Positions 1-12,850 of a DNA stretch of 64,000 nt are shown one piece after another. The notes beneath the pieces are model-generated. The model saw nothing but the letters and a program-made list of their open reading frames with translations, made no database searches and had not been told where the DNA came from. Numbering within the stretch: position 1 is the stretch's first letter; each line of letters begins with the position of its first letter. This DNA comes from Tubiluchus corallicola (Eukaryota; Animalia; Priapulida): assembly GCA_030141605.1 (NCBI GenBank), contig JAQGDQ010000342.1, positions 1 to 64,000 of the forward strand, in the 5' to 3' direction. A program made the position numbers and the translations under genes.

Positions 1-1507
1 CGGAACTCAGAGGCGCAGCGTGCCTAGGCTGACTCTACATTAAAAGAATTAAAGCTTCTAAATCGGTCTGTAGTTAAAGAACTTAACAAATTCAATAGCC
101 TGTACATTGAAAAACATGAATTGTAATAATACTTGAACATAGTTTTGGTGAGTCACATAAAAGTTTTAACACAATGAAACGCCTCCGAGTTTTACTGTTC
201 TTTTGACCTTGTATCAGAGATCGATTACATGCATTTATGTCCTTACTCATTGTATCACAAATTCACAGCAGAGCCAAATCGTTCTGCTGTGCGGATCATT
301 TGCGGCTTAATTTCACAGGAAAGGGAAATTTTCTGTAGAAAAATCAACGGAGAAACTCCACTTGCTTCAATTAACAACCAGTCATTTTGCATGTGGCTCA
401 ATTGCGACCAATCATATGTAATCGTCTATTACTTGGCAATAATAGGAACGTCTCCATTAAAGCATTTTAATAGTTTATTACCAGTTGACTTCGAAGCATT
501 TAGATTTGGCGGGGGAGTTGGAGCGGGCTAAATCTCACAGTATAATTAGGTTTTTGCCTTATAACTAATTTTCTGGTAATCGATGGCAACGTTGAAATGC
601 GTTGTGTTGTCTGGCTTCTAAACTATAACTTGGTCTTAAAAATACGTACCTTAATTATTTTTGGCTTATTCGCGCAGGTATGGCGAGTTTTTGTACTACC
701 CAGTTAGTCTGTCAGTCAAACAACCAATCTGTTAATTAAACCACCAGCGAGTCAGGTTAGCGAGTAACGCCGTGGGAGGTTGAAGGGAGCAAAGAAAAAA
801 GCAGAAAGATAGAAAAGTTGATTATACAACAAACAAAGAAAGAATGTTGAACAGACTGATGGTTAAACGAACAAGAGAAATTAAGTTAAAAAAATGGAGA
901 AAAATATAACTAAGAACCGACCAAGAAACAGTAAATCGAATGAGGAAAGAAAAAAGAACAGGGAAAGTCCAAGAAACTTGGTCAAAGTCTCTTAAAAAGT
1001 TTTTGAAATAACTCTACAATAAAAGAGAAAAAATTGAAATCAAGACAGAAATGTTTGAACTGGGTCCTAACAATAATCAAAACTTTCATATCATTTGATA
1101 AAGTTACGAACAAATTTAAGAATATTTTTAGGAAGACTAACTTAGTGAATCCGTGCGTAGCACTAGAAAGTTTGTACCCACAAACTTACAAAGAAAATCG
1201 TCCCAAAGAACTTTAATGAATCCGGTCCCTGTTTCCGAATTTGATACGTGCTGTATGTGTGCGTGCCTGTATAGTAAGTGACTTTTGTTAATGCTCTGAA
1301 TCGATGAATCTGTAAACACATGTTTACATAATAAATCTGTGTGATTATTGTGATATTATTTATGGCTAGTTAAAATTGGAAGAAGGGCAGGTGTGGCAGT
1401 TTAGATGAATTGCAAAATGATCACAAATAATTTGTGATCTAACTGATATATCTTAATTACAAAAAATAAGTTTGAGAAATGATTTAAAATTTTCTTTTCT
1501 TTTTCAG

Positions 1508-1585
1508 TTGTCTTCAAGCGCTACGTTGGTGACATTGCACGTGGACCCAAAAGGACATGTTTTATTTTGGAAAGACCAAAACAAG
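1508..1585 (+). CDS. PLCB: Isolated 78-nt phase-0 exon of a phospholipase C-beta gene (N-terminal PH domain)
   Basis: Polypyrimidine tract + CAG acceptor and GTAAGG donor. Translates LSSSATLVTLHVDPKGHVLFWKDQNK, resembling from memory the PLC-beta segment [26 protein letters not shown]. No neighbouring PLCB exon was found in the window. Confidence 0.72.
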
Positions 1586-2184
1586 GTAAGGATCAGACAT
1601 TATTTGAAGCTGCACTAGTGTAATTCAGTGCAAGCTACTCAATATATGAGCTAAAATGCAATCATCCCAGCGTGGCGCATTTCCGTAACATGTCTGAAAC
1701 AATGTAGCTTGTGTAGAAGAGGCACCAAAGTGACCAAACGCCATATGTACCTTACTGACCCGCAAAAAGAAGGCGTGTATATTGTAGGCGTACAACAGAA
1801 GTACAACAAAACTTGTGGTGTATGAAATTTTGCTTTCATAAGAAGTGTTATAGTTTTCTAACTCATAATCGCGAATCTTGTTTTTTCTGCAATTGTCTAT
1901 GCTAGAAAGCTTCTTTAGCTTCTGGCCGAGAAGCTGTGTATAGATAAAGTGAGATATGTCACAGTGAACAGAACCGTGCTATTTTAGCCATTTACGCTAC
2001 CTCTTGCAACCAGGGCTCGAAACCCAGTTTTATAAATTTTTAAGCGCCTTTTGGGCTCCTTGTGAGTATACTGTTCTAATCCCAATTATCTGATGGCATT
2101 GTTTGATTGTGTGCCTCGTTGAAAACACACTGACTTGCAGTGATCAACTTTTATTCCATCTCTCACTTGCTTGGCAGCAGCAGC

Positions 2185-2915
<731 letters not shown>

Positions 2916-3134
2916 GTCGTAGTACATGAATGCAAGTGCAGTGAACTGTCGTAGTACATGAATGCAAGTGCAGTGAACTGTCGTAGTACATGAATGCAAG
3001 TAGAGTGAACTGTCGTAGTACATGAATGCAAGTGCAGTGAACTGTCGTAGTACATGAATGCAAGTGCAGTGAACTGTCGTAGTACATGAATGCAAGTGCA
3101 GTGAACTGTCGTAGTACATGAATGCAAGTGCAGT
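2916..3134. repeat. 32-bp minisatellite, about 6.8 copies
   Basis: Unit GTCGTAGTACATGAATGCAAGTGCAGTGAACT starts at 2916, 2948, 2980 and onward. Confidence 0.95.
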
Positions 3135-3899
3135 ACAATCGGCTGTTGAATAAAACAGGAAAGCATTCAATCGTAAAACTAAATGCGCTACTTTTGAAGA
3201 CTTCAGTAGCTCTGTTGGGAAACACATCAGGGGATGCGTTGCGTGCTAGTAAAAAAAAACACGCCAGAGTTCTAAAAGAAAACGAATCTGATTTAACGAC
3301 GTCAAACATCCATTCTTTATAGTTCGCCACGCCACCTTGGGACCATTATTTCTTCCAGAGATTTAGAGATTAGTCTTTAAATGCCAAAAAACGCATCACG
3401 ATGACTTAATGGAAGAAAACTTGAAATCGGTGCAATTTCTCTGGCTGTAAGCTCAATAAAATGGTGATTCCCTCTCGCTAGAGGAAAATCAGGCTATGAG
3501 AATTCTTAGCACCTTCGTTAACGATTTCGTATGCAACGTTCGTGCGTTAAAGCACACGAAAACACGCAAGTAAAGCTTAATCATTCCTCTTGAAAATTTA
3601 TATCACTTACATTGCATATCGGGCTTGCGTTAACAGTAACGCTGTATGACACTTGTAAATTTAAACTCCCGCGACGACCGTTGGGTGGAGCCATTTTAAA
3701 AACTGTAACTCCTTAACTGAAACAAGTTTAGATAACACTGCAAAATAATCAGAACGCTCGTAGCGCACTCTTGGCTAAGTAAGCAAAAGCTTAAGTTACT
3801 TTACTTTGTCATAAGATCAATAATGTGTTTTTAGATGACAATGTTAGTGGCGTGATGATGGCGAAATTGAACTTAACCTGTATAAATCTGCCACTAATG

Positions 3900-4010
3900 T
3901 TGATGATAATGATGATAGCAGCAGCATCATTGCTGCTGCCACTGCTGCTGCTACTGCTGTTGTTGTTGCTGCTGTTGTTGGTGATGATGATAATGATAAT
4001 GATAATAATA

Positions 4011-4095
<85 letters not shown>

Positions 4096-4132
4096 CGACG
4101 ACGACGACGACGACGACGATGACAATGATGAC
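3900..4132. repeat. Compound trinucleotide microsatellite (GCT/GTT/GAT/GAC)
   Basis: Direct reading. Confidence 0.95.
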
Positions 4133-4185
4133 AAAAGACGTTTGTGACGTATGAGAGTAAAAACATATTGTTGCACTGTACTTAC

Positions 4186-4257
4186 AATTCTTGAAGGTGA
4201 ATTAATTGCGAGAGGACGTATCTTGGAACTTCAGTCAAACTAGTGTTTGAAAGATCA
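4186..4257 (-). CDS. 72-nt phase-2 leucine-rich-repeat exon
   Basis: Minus-strand TTTACAG acceptor and GTAAGT donor. Translates DLSNTSLTEVPRYVLSQLIHLQEL, one 24-aa LRR in the typical 72-nt phase-2 module. Confidence 0.7.
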
Positions 4258-4699
4258 CTGTAAATAAACAAAACTGAATCATTATAATAAAAGATTTGTC
4301 CAATTTTTGCGCGATTTTGAGCAATCGAATAGGAATTTATTGGTCGTTATTAAAAATTATTAATGAAAATTATCAAGATTATCAAAAAAATTCCTATAAT
4401 AAATAGTGTATGATAAATATAAGTTTAATTCAATAGGTTAATAAAATATGTGGGATTAAATTTTATTTGTGTTAATTACGTCACTGGCGGCCAAAGCGTT
4501 CATGGTAACCTTCCTTGGCAGATTCTCCCTAGTAACCCATTATCGTAGCAACCTAAACTTCCTGCTACCAACTCTTCCTGTAAAGGCTTCTTCAAAACGA
4601 ATGTTTCTGCAACCAGTTCTTCCTGCAGTCCCATTACCTACAACCAGTCGCCCAGCAACCCAATACCATTGCAACGAACATGATATATCATTAACCATC

Positions 4700-5120
4700 A
4701 ACTGAGAAAAGCAGATTGACACATTTCATAAAAGTGCTCTTAAGAAAGTTTTAAAGATAAGATGGCCATACATAATCAAAAATGAAGATGTATACACCAG
4801 AACAAAACAAACTTATTGTCAAGATTCAAAAATCAAGATCCGAAGATTAAGATGGCTAGGACATCTTCTAAGATTACCAAATGAAGCACCAGTAAGAATC
4901 GCCTTAAACAAAGCCTTAAAAACTAGCAAAAAACCACCTGGTAAACCTAAAACAACTTGGATAGCTAAGATAAATAAAGATGTTCAACAAGTTCAACCAA
5001 ACGTATCTTTAGGAGTAGAAGAACTTACGCTGTTAACTGCAGATAGAAATGGGTGGCATATCTGATAAATGTTGATACCTCAATGCCTACTACAGGTGGA
5101 ATGAGATTTTGAAGAAGAAA
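4700..5120 (+). mobile_element. Degenerate 3' end of an RTE-like LINE
   Basis: Translation includes KVLKIRWP...RRLRWLGHLLRLP...PGKPKTTW, typical of the C-terminus downstream of the RT; GAA-rich tail. Confidence 0.75.
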
Positions 5121-5181
5121 TAAGCTGAGTACATTTGCCTAGCAACCCGTTGCCCTCGTTACCATGATCTAAAAGTAACTA

Positions 5182-6570
5182 TTGTCATGGCAACCTGATT
5201 CTTTGGCTACCAGCACAGACTCGGTTCGAATAAATGCACTGCTACACTACTGTCAAGAAATACTTACTCCTGACGAAATTCATATGATATCAATATTATT
5301 GCAAGATCTTCTAAGTAGTGTTAGATGTGAAGGCGGAGTGAGTGATTCATTTTCCACGAATAAGGGCATACCTCAAGGAGGCTGCCTAAGTCCTGTTCTC
5401 TTCACTTTTTACCTACATTTTGATTTTCATTTTTTTCATTTTGCTGCAGCATTAATGGACAGGAGCAGTATACCCAGAAAAGAACTTTGTGACTACAATT
5501 CTGGATACAAATCTGGATCCAGAAAAGCTACTATCGGGAATAGAATTAGAAAACAATATGCTAATGAAACGAAATTCCCTACAACCATAGACCTGCAATA
5601 TGCTGATGATAATGCATGGATAGCAAGAACCAAAGATGAAATAGATGAGATCAAAATCAAAATAGAAATAAAATTAAAAGGAATGGATTAAAATTTATGT
5701 TTCATCTTGTTTTGTTTTTAACTAAACAGCCTTAAAAAACGGCAGACGAACCCGTGAAAATACATGTAGTATATTTTCCTGATCATTATATAAAAATTAG
5801 GAATGCAATAGCCCTCAAAACGTTACAATGGTGACAGTAGTTATTTTGTTTTTAACCAAATAACCCTCGGCACGTTACACGCATTTTGAAAATTCACTCA
5901 GATTACTAGCAGATGTAAAAGCTTACACGAATGTACACTTTATCAACTGCATACTAAATAAAGATAAAACAGAAGAGTATCACATAAAATGGAATGGAGA
6001 TGATGCGTGGAGGAAATATAAGTACTTAGGCAGCCTCCTAGCAACAGGTGAAGATATATCAAGAAGAAAAATCGTAGCACTAGCTGCATATTCCAAATTA
6101 AAAAAAATTGAAAGTAAGAGGATCAGTTTAGATGCAAAATTAAGACCCTTTGCTACACTTGTAGAAAGTGTTTCTCTATAACTCAGAATTATGGACAATC
6201 AAAGCACAACACGAATCAGAAATTGATGCATTTCATAGTAAAAACTACAGGAACATTCTAGGAATAAAATGAACAAAGAAAATATCAAACAAGGATTTGT
6301 ACAATAAAGTCAAGGCAGAGGAGTGGACGGTTAAAATCAAAAAGAGAAGATTAAGATGGATAGGACATGTTATGCGACTACCAGGTGACAGGCCATTAAA
6401 ATTAGCTTTCAAAGAAGCACGGCAGAAAGAAAAGAAACACAAAGAGGATAGCTGGTGACTTACGTCAATTTCATCCAAAAGATCTCATCAACACACCATT
6501 AGACATCAAAAATACAGAGACATGGGAGGTTGGAATCAGGAGGATTATGTCAAACGACGTGTGATTCCAG
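5182..6570 (+). mobile_element. Fragmented RTE-like LINE reverse transcriptase
   Basis: GIPQGGCLSPVLF and LQYADD motifs in ORF 5182-5691; YKYLGS and RRLRWIGHVMRLP further on, with stops and frameshifts. Confidence 0.85.
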
Positions 6571-6573
6571 AGC

Positions 6574-6778
<205 letters not shown>

Positions 6779-7790
6779 AGCAAAGGATATATAAGGCCAG
6801 TTGTTCTGGTTTCAGGAAAATAGTTGGAACCAGCGGGCCCAGATTGCTCTGTCAGAAACTAACACAGCAGTTCATGATCATGCTTATCACGGTACCGCCG
6901 TCTATTTGTCGGCCGCGCGAATGTGACAAAAAGGCGTCGCTGCCAATCTTAGTAGATTCACTGAGCCGCGCGTAGGTTTGAAAGTTTAACGAAATTTGAG
7001 TATCTGAGGTAATTATTATTTAATCTGGGCTTTGATTTAAAATAAGCTGTTGTAGTTTTCAATATTTTAGAGCATTCTTTATTCTGAACTCGGGTTTACA
7101 CAATCATCCGGTTTTCCTTTAGTGATTTCACTTGCAAAAAAATTTGAATGAATTTTACACCGGATTTTTTTTTCTTACATCACAAATCATCCCAATTCCT
7201 TAAAGGCAATAATTAAGACCCACATTAATCATTGCTGTTATATGGCTCAGCATGACGGCGAAAATATTACATTTTCCAAAGGCAACAAGTCTAAATTGCT
7301 TTCCCTTGTTTATAAGGGGACGTTACATTATATCTGATTAAGCAGCATGTGCGAATATTGCATAATTTCATTTTACTGCAAATTGGATTAGCTCGGATTT
7401 GAAGAAGAGCATCTGAACACTGACAGCGATTTCTCGTTGAGATGCATTTCACGAAGCGGGGTTTGTTTTGCAACCCACAGTAGGGGATTAGGCGACCCCC
7501 CTAGAGAGATAAGTTTGTTAAACTAACAGAACGAACAACCGTAGATGAGTTTGGGAAAAGGAAGTCCTTGATCCTTGTGGTTAATGCCTGTTGTTTACAA
7601 CTTTGTCAGAACGTCCCAGTATTTTTAGAGACACAGGAGTATTTTATCCTCTATGTTACAGGCTTATTCAAAGTTTTTAGCAATTAGTTGCTTAATACCG
7701 CAAGCTGTTTTAAATAGTTTAAGTTTAAGTTTATTTCACACCAAATAAAAAGTAAACATACATTAAAATACACACACACACACACACATA

Positions 7791-8335
7791 TATTGTTGTT
7801 GCCATCCTTCTGTCTTGGAAGACAATGGAATGTGCGCCGAGAGACTCAGTTATTGATCACATTGATGGCGCTGCAGCGTCGACTGTGGCTGAGCAGTACG
7901 ATCCTTTAATCACTGGAGTGTGGTTCAAAGTGTATGGGCAAAGTGTATGGAGATCCTGTGTTGCTCAGACAACAGGAACCCCCTCTCTTCCTCCCTGGTG
8001 TAGTCCAAAGGAAAGCGGAGCGATACCTTTGGCACCAGGTTGGCTGCGGGAGCTGCCGGAGTCAGTGAACATGCTGCACCGCCTTCGGGCTCCACTCCTG
8101 ATTTGGAAGGTTTACTCCTCTACACATGGCCGTTGGGTCACTTGACCTCCTCCGCCCTCTTGGCTGCTTGTGCAGCTCCTCCGCCTAGTGTCGAGATACA
8201 GTGTGGACATCCCGCAAGTCTACAGCACCTGGTTTTCCTAGGCGGTCACCCATCCAAGTACTAACCGGGCTTTACGTTGCTTAACTTCGGTGATCAGACG
8301 AGAACCGGTGCTTTCAACGCGATTTGGCCGTAAAT
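7791..8335 (-). mobile_element. 5S rRNA-derived SINE (SINE3 type) with an RTE-like body and (CAA)n tail
   Basis: A full-length 5S-like head runs without an oligo-T terminator into about 420 nt of GC-rich body ending CCATTGTCTTCCAAGACAGAAGGATGGCAACAACAA. Confidence 0.75.
8216..8335 (-). pseudogene. 5S rRNA-like sequence (SINE head; probably not a functional rRNA gene)
   Basis: Reverse complement reads TACGGCC...GTTCTCGTCTGATCACCGAAGTTAAGCAACG...GTTAGTACTTGGATGGGTGACCGCCTAGGAAAACCAGGTGCTGTAGACTT. Confidence 0.88.
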
Positions 8336-8709
8336 TTGTATGTCAAGCGATCTGCCAAAAATATTTGCTCATTCAATGCCTAATAGGGTCGTCTCGATTT
8401 GGAGTTTACCAGAAATTGTAAATGATGTGCCATTGGTAAACGTTTGAAATGCAAAGGTTTTTAAACAGCGATTAAATTATGTCGATCTAAATGCTTTCTT
8501 AGTATTTAACCCGTCATTATTATGCTGCTTTATATATATATAAGAAAGCATTTAGATCGACATAATTTAGTCGTCGTTTAAAGACCTTTGCATTTCAAAC
8601 GTTTACCAATGGCACATCATTTACAATTTCTGGTAAACTCCAAATCGGAACAACCCTGTTAGACATTGAATGACCAAATATTTTTGGTAGATCGCTTGAC
8701 ATACAAATT
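8333..8709. repeat. Inverted repeat with about 169-bp arms (8333-8501 and 8541-8709) and a 39-bp spacer
   Basis: The arms are near-perfect reverse complements; the arm sequence resembles a decayed CR1/L2 3' end. Confidence 0.92.
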
Positions 8710-8999
8710 AAGTGAGTTGTTACTTCTTGTCTGACTAGACGTAACTAATGTAAAAAAATTATCTCTATCTATGTGTATATCTTTATGTATGATTTGATAA
8801 CAAAGTACTAAATCTTTACGTAAAAAGGTGCAAATTTTACTGCATTTTCATTTTCATATGTAATTATCCGCTTTCTGGTTGAGCTTATAAATTTGCCCTA
8901 AACGTCTAACTAAAAATCCGATTATAATCATAGTTATTTGTTATCTATAATAATAAATTTTGCTGCTAATTTACCAACCGTATTTCTAGTTATACTTAC

Positions 9000-9062
9000 A
9001 ATATGAGTATGTTCTCTGGGTTGTCAAAAAACTTCTCTTGAGTGCCGTTTACATTCATAAAC
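9000..9062 (-). CDS. 63-nt phase-2 exon upstream of the LRR exon (end of the N-cap, start of the first LRR)
   Basis: TTTTTTCATTTTAG acceptor and GTAAGT donor. Translates FMNVNGTQEKFFDNPENILIL and joins in frame to 4257-4186 as PENILILDLSNTSLTEVP. Confidence 0.6.
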
Positions 9063-9276
9063 CTAAAATGAAAAAATACAGAGTAAAAAATACACGATTT
9101 AAACAGTTTCTTCGAGTAATAAAATTCACACGTATAATATTGTACTACAGGGCTGTGGTGAAATGAAATGTAATGCTGGCTGGGGAATGCAGTAGACTTC
9201 TCTGGTGTGCATGTGAACGTGGCTTTATCTAGCACATAGACTCCTATTCTGACCTTGTGTTAGTAAAAGCCACTAG

Positions 9277-9404
9277 TCACGTGCACACCTGAGCTTATAA
9301 AAAGGGAAGGTCTGCTGTAGACCCTTGTCAGTGGTCTTGTCTTTCATTGCAGCTCTGTTCACATTTCACAGGCTTTGCCACAAACTCCGTTCTTCTAGGT
9401 AAGC
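9277..9404 (+). promoter_or_regulatory. Candidate core promoter and non-coding first exon
   Basis: GTCACGTG E-box (9277), TATAAAAA (9296), TCAGT Inr-like motif (9328) and AG|GTAAGC donor at 9398/9399. Confidence 0.35.
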
Positions 9405-10313
9405 TGTTTGTTCCTTATTGGGGGTGTAAAATTTAGTAATAAATTGTCATTTCGACTCTGTAATTCGGGTTCTGTTTTGGGTGAGGCGTTGAGCGACTTA
9501 ATTGAGACATGCCGCACGGTGTGGGCCGCGGTGCCATCCGTCCTGCATCCGCTAAAAGCGGACAGCAGTCCAATATCAACTAGGTGTCAGGAAAGTACTG
9601 ACCATTTAGCGTGTTGAGTTTGTTTTACTGTAATCACCTAAACTTAGAAAAACATAACAAAGAAATTTGCAAAAAAACTGTCTTTAAACCATAACGTTAA
9701 TTTATACTACCGCAGTAAAGAAATTTTCACACAAGGTGGTAGCCGCCATTTAAATGAAAATTGTGACGCAACTGGAGGACTTCGTGATTTATCGTGCCTT
9801 TCCGTAAGCACACGTTACTTAAACTAATTCAGACTTCTGCAGCTTACCTGAGGTTCATGCAAAAACATCACAAAACTAGCAACCTGATTTTTTGCAAAAA
9901 GTTTCGACGGAAATTGCTAGTGCGCTGCAATTAGAAAATGGTGCCACCCGAAGCGTGAAATGATCGCGACTTTAAAGCGATAACAGTTTTATTGCTAAAT
10001 CCTTTTAACATTTTTCGCGAATATTGAAATAAGGTTAATATCTTAGAAGCCTTGGCCTTTCCTTTAACTTTTTTATCTCGCTAAGCTACTTCATTTCAAT
10101 CTTATTTAACTTTTTATTTGTGAGTTTCACTACCACTAGGACAAAATAGGAAACATCATATTAGCACGTGGTTCGAATCAAAATCTTTTCAAGTATTTCG
10201 TCCAAAATGCGTATGAGTTGCCGAACAACAAGACAGAATAGCATTCCTGTTCGCAATAGCAATGCCTGCGCTTGACTCTCACTGGAATAAAATATTGATA
10301 AAAGTCGTCTAAA

Positions 10314-10442
10314 TTGTTGTCGCTTTCGTTGTCGTTGTCGTTGTCATTGTGTTATTGTTGCTATTGTTGTCACTGTCTTGTCGTTGTTATTGTTGTTGGT
10401 GCTGTTGTTGTTGCTGTTGCTATTGTTGTTGTTGTTACTGCT

Positions 10443-10473
<31 letters not shown>

Positions 10474-10870
10474 TTGTTGTTGTTGCTGTTGTTGCTGCTG
10501 TTGTTGTTGTTGCTGTTGGTGTTAGTGTTGTTGTTGTTGCTGCTTCTGTTGTTGTTGTTGTTGCTGCTGCTGCTAATGCTGCTGTTGTTGTCGCTGTTGC
10601 TACTGCTATTGCTATTGTTGTTGCTGTTACTGCTGTTGTTGTTGTTGCTGCTGCTGTTGTTGTTGTTGCTGCTGCTGCTGCTGCTGCTGTTGTTGTTTCT
10701 GCTGTTGATGTTGTTGCTATTGGTGTTAGTGTTGTTGTTGTTGTTGCTGTTGTTGTTGTTGTTGTTGTTGTTGTGCTGACACTGTTGTTGTTGGTGGTTG
10801 GTGGTGGTCTTGGTGTTGTTGTTGTCGGTGCTGCTGCTGTTGTTCGTGTTGTCGTTGTCGTTGTCGTTAT
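10314..10870. repeat. Imperfect (GTT/GCT)n microsatellite
   Basis: Direct reading. Confidence 0.95.
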
Positions 10871-11008
10871 ACGTCTATTCTAGAACTCATCATTGAAGCA
10901 AACACTTTTTGAGTCGAAAATTGTGACGGATAAAGTGAATGAGCGAAAAAATGAAGGAATCGCCGGATTTTTTCTAGGACCCAAGCTGACTTGGAATGCT
11001 CAACTTAC

Positions 11009-11089
11009 ACATGTAAGAAGCATGCAGTCCAGACAAAACTGCCACTGTGCTGGACAATTACTCAAAGCCAGATGTTGTGCATCACAATA
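11009..11089 (-). CDS. Candidate 81-nt Cys-rich exon, possibly the LRR N-cap of the minus-strand gene
   Basis: TTATTATTTTAG acceptor and GTAAGT donor; translates YCDAQHLALSNCPAQWQFCLDCMLLTC. It is phase 0, so it cannot join the phase-2 exon at 9062 directly. Confidence 0.3.
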
Positions 11090-12850
11090 CTAAAATAATA
11101 ACACATTCTGTTTGGGCTTTCAAAACCAAATTCGAAGCTCGATTAAATTTTGCTCTTTCTTTGCTCTTTATTTGCCAAAACATATCATTCCATCTGAACA
11201 TAAGAAATTAGTGCCAAAAAATAACACTAGCCAAAAGTCAATTTTACATAATTAAGAGTTCTATACTGTACTGTCGTATTACTAGCTGTTATCTTAAAGT
11301 AAATTTAAATTTTATAAAGTAATTAGAGTATATACATACGCTATTAGCCCCAAATCATGAGCAATTGTAAACAGATAACGACAATATCTTATCAACTTAT
11401 GACACGTCTTCACTTCACAGTAGGCCTCTGACCCAGATCAAATTGATCACGTGATTAGGCCAAAAAAACCGTCACAAGGTGGCCAAAGCCGACAACAAGC
11501 GAAGGCCACCAAGCACGCCTATGCAAGATTTCCAGTACACATTCAGCAAAGTGATGCATTAATAACTCTAGTCGTCCAGTTACAGTTAGATCGAAAGAAT
11601 CGTACGTGTGTGTAAGAACCTGTTGACTGGCAATCTATTTTGCGAGAGTTTTTGGCCAATGAAAATTAATTTACCAACTTCCCCGCCTTTCTGCAATGCC
11701 AGTAAATTATAACATTCGTAATAAAACTTAGCTGTTCAACTATAATAGAGATGTTAAAAAAATTTCAAAGCAAGAGTATCGGAAATTTTGCCAACGAGTT
11801 GGATGCGCAGTGAACTAAAGTCAACTGCGTGTCACAGCCTTAATAAGGTACTACTTTTCATGTTTTTTCTCTTTCATATCTTAATTGTCTTTAATCTCGC
11901 GAGCTGCGAACCGACCTTCGTTTCCATGGCTTTACTGTGAAGCCGACAGGAGAGATTAATGCTTGTAATAATCACTACACAAACACCTTGCCATTTTGTA
12001 CCACCGTGATTAATATTTGTAACAGGAAACTTCCAGAAACCAACTGAATGCGGCGATAATTAGGAAAAACTAAAAGCCAGTGAAAATTGTTTTCGTGGGT
12101 TTGTGTTACGATGTAATAATAATGATCGTCAAAAGTCATCTCGACAGATCAAATTTTTCCCAGGTAATAACTGAGGTTTTAATGAAGGAGCGTAGTGTTT
12201 TCGCTGAGCAAATTACTATAATCTGCTAGCGGTTACGACAAACATTTCCATTTTTCTTAATTAGCGAGTTTGGCGTTGAAAGGGATAAGCGAAATACTAT
12301 TAGCTAAATCATGTACACAAAGCTTACAAAGCTTGTCAAAAGGTAGATTGAGAAAGCCATGTCGTGGTCGCTAGACGTTGGATCTTGGGAGTGACATAAT
12401 CGTTATTACTACTTGTTTCGAAATTGTACTACAATTTTCAATTTGTCAGTAACATAGAAAAATCAAAATATTTACACACTATAAAATAAAAAAGGACAAT
12501 AAATAATATGGTAGTTAGTCAAGGGGATTACAATAAAAACACGTTACTTAAGTTAATTTTGACATGTCCATTCTATTATCAGGTTAAGTTCATTTCTGTT
12601 CAAAAATTCAAACATTCAGAAATTCAGAAATCTGCTCGATTGCATTTACAATATCTTTCACAAATAATATATGATGATTCTGACATACAAATAATACATA
12701 ATAATCAATCAGTTGAGATTATTATGTAGTAGAATCGTCAGCATTTGTGATGATGGAGAGGCGCTACATTCGTTGCATGTGTTTAACCCCATCGCACAGC
12801 TACTTGTGTCCCGATACATTAGGACTGGTCACCTGTCAGAAAATTACACT

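Noticed and set aside
8216-8335. Functional 5S rRNA gene
   Set aside because: It is a single copy with an altered 5' end and no oligo-T terminator, fused to a retroposon body and tail.
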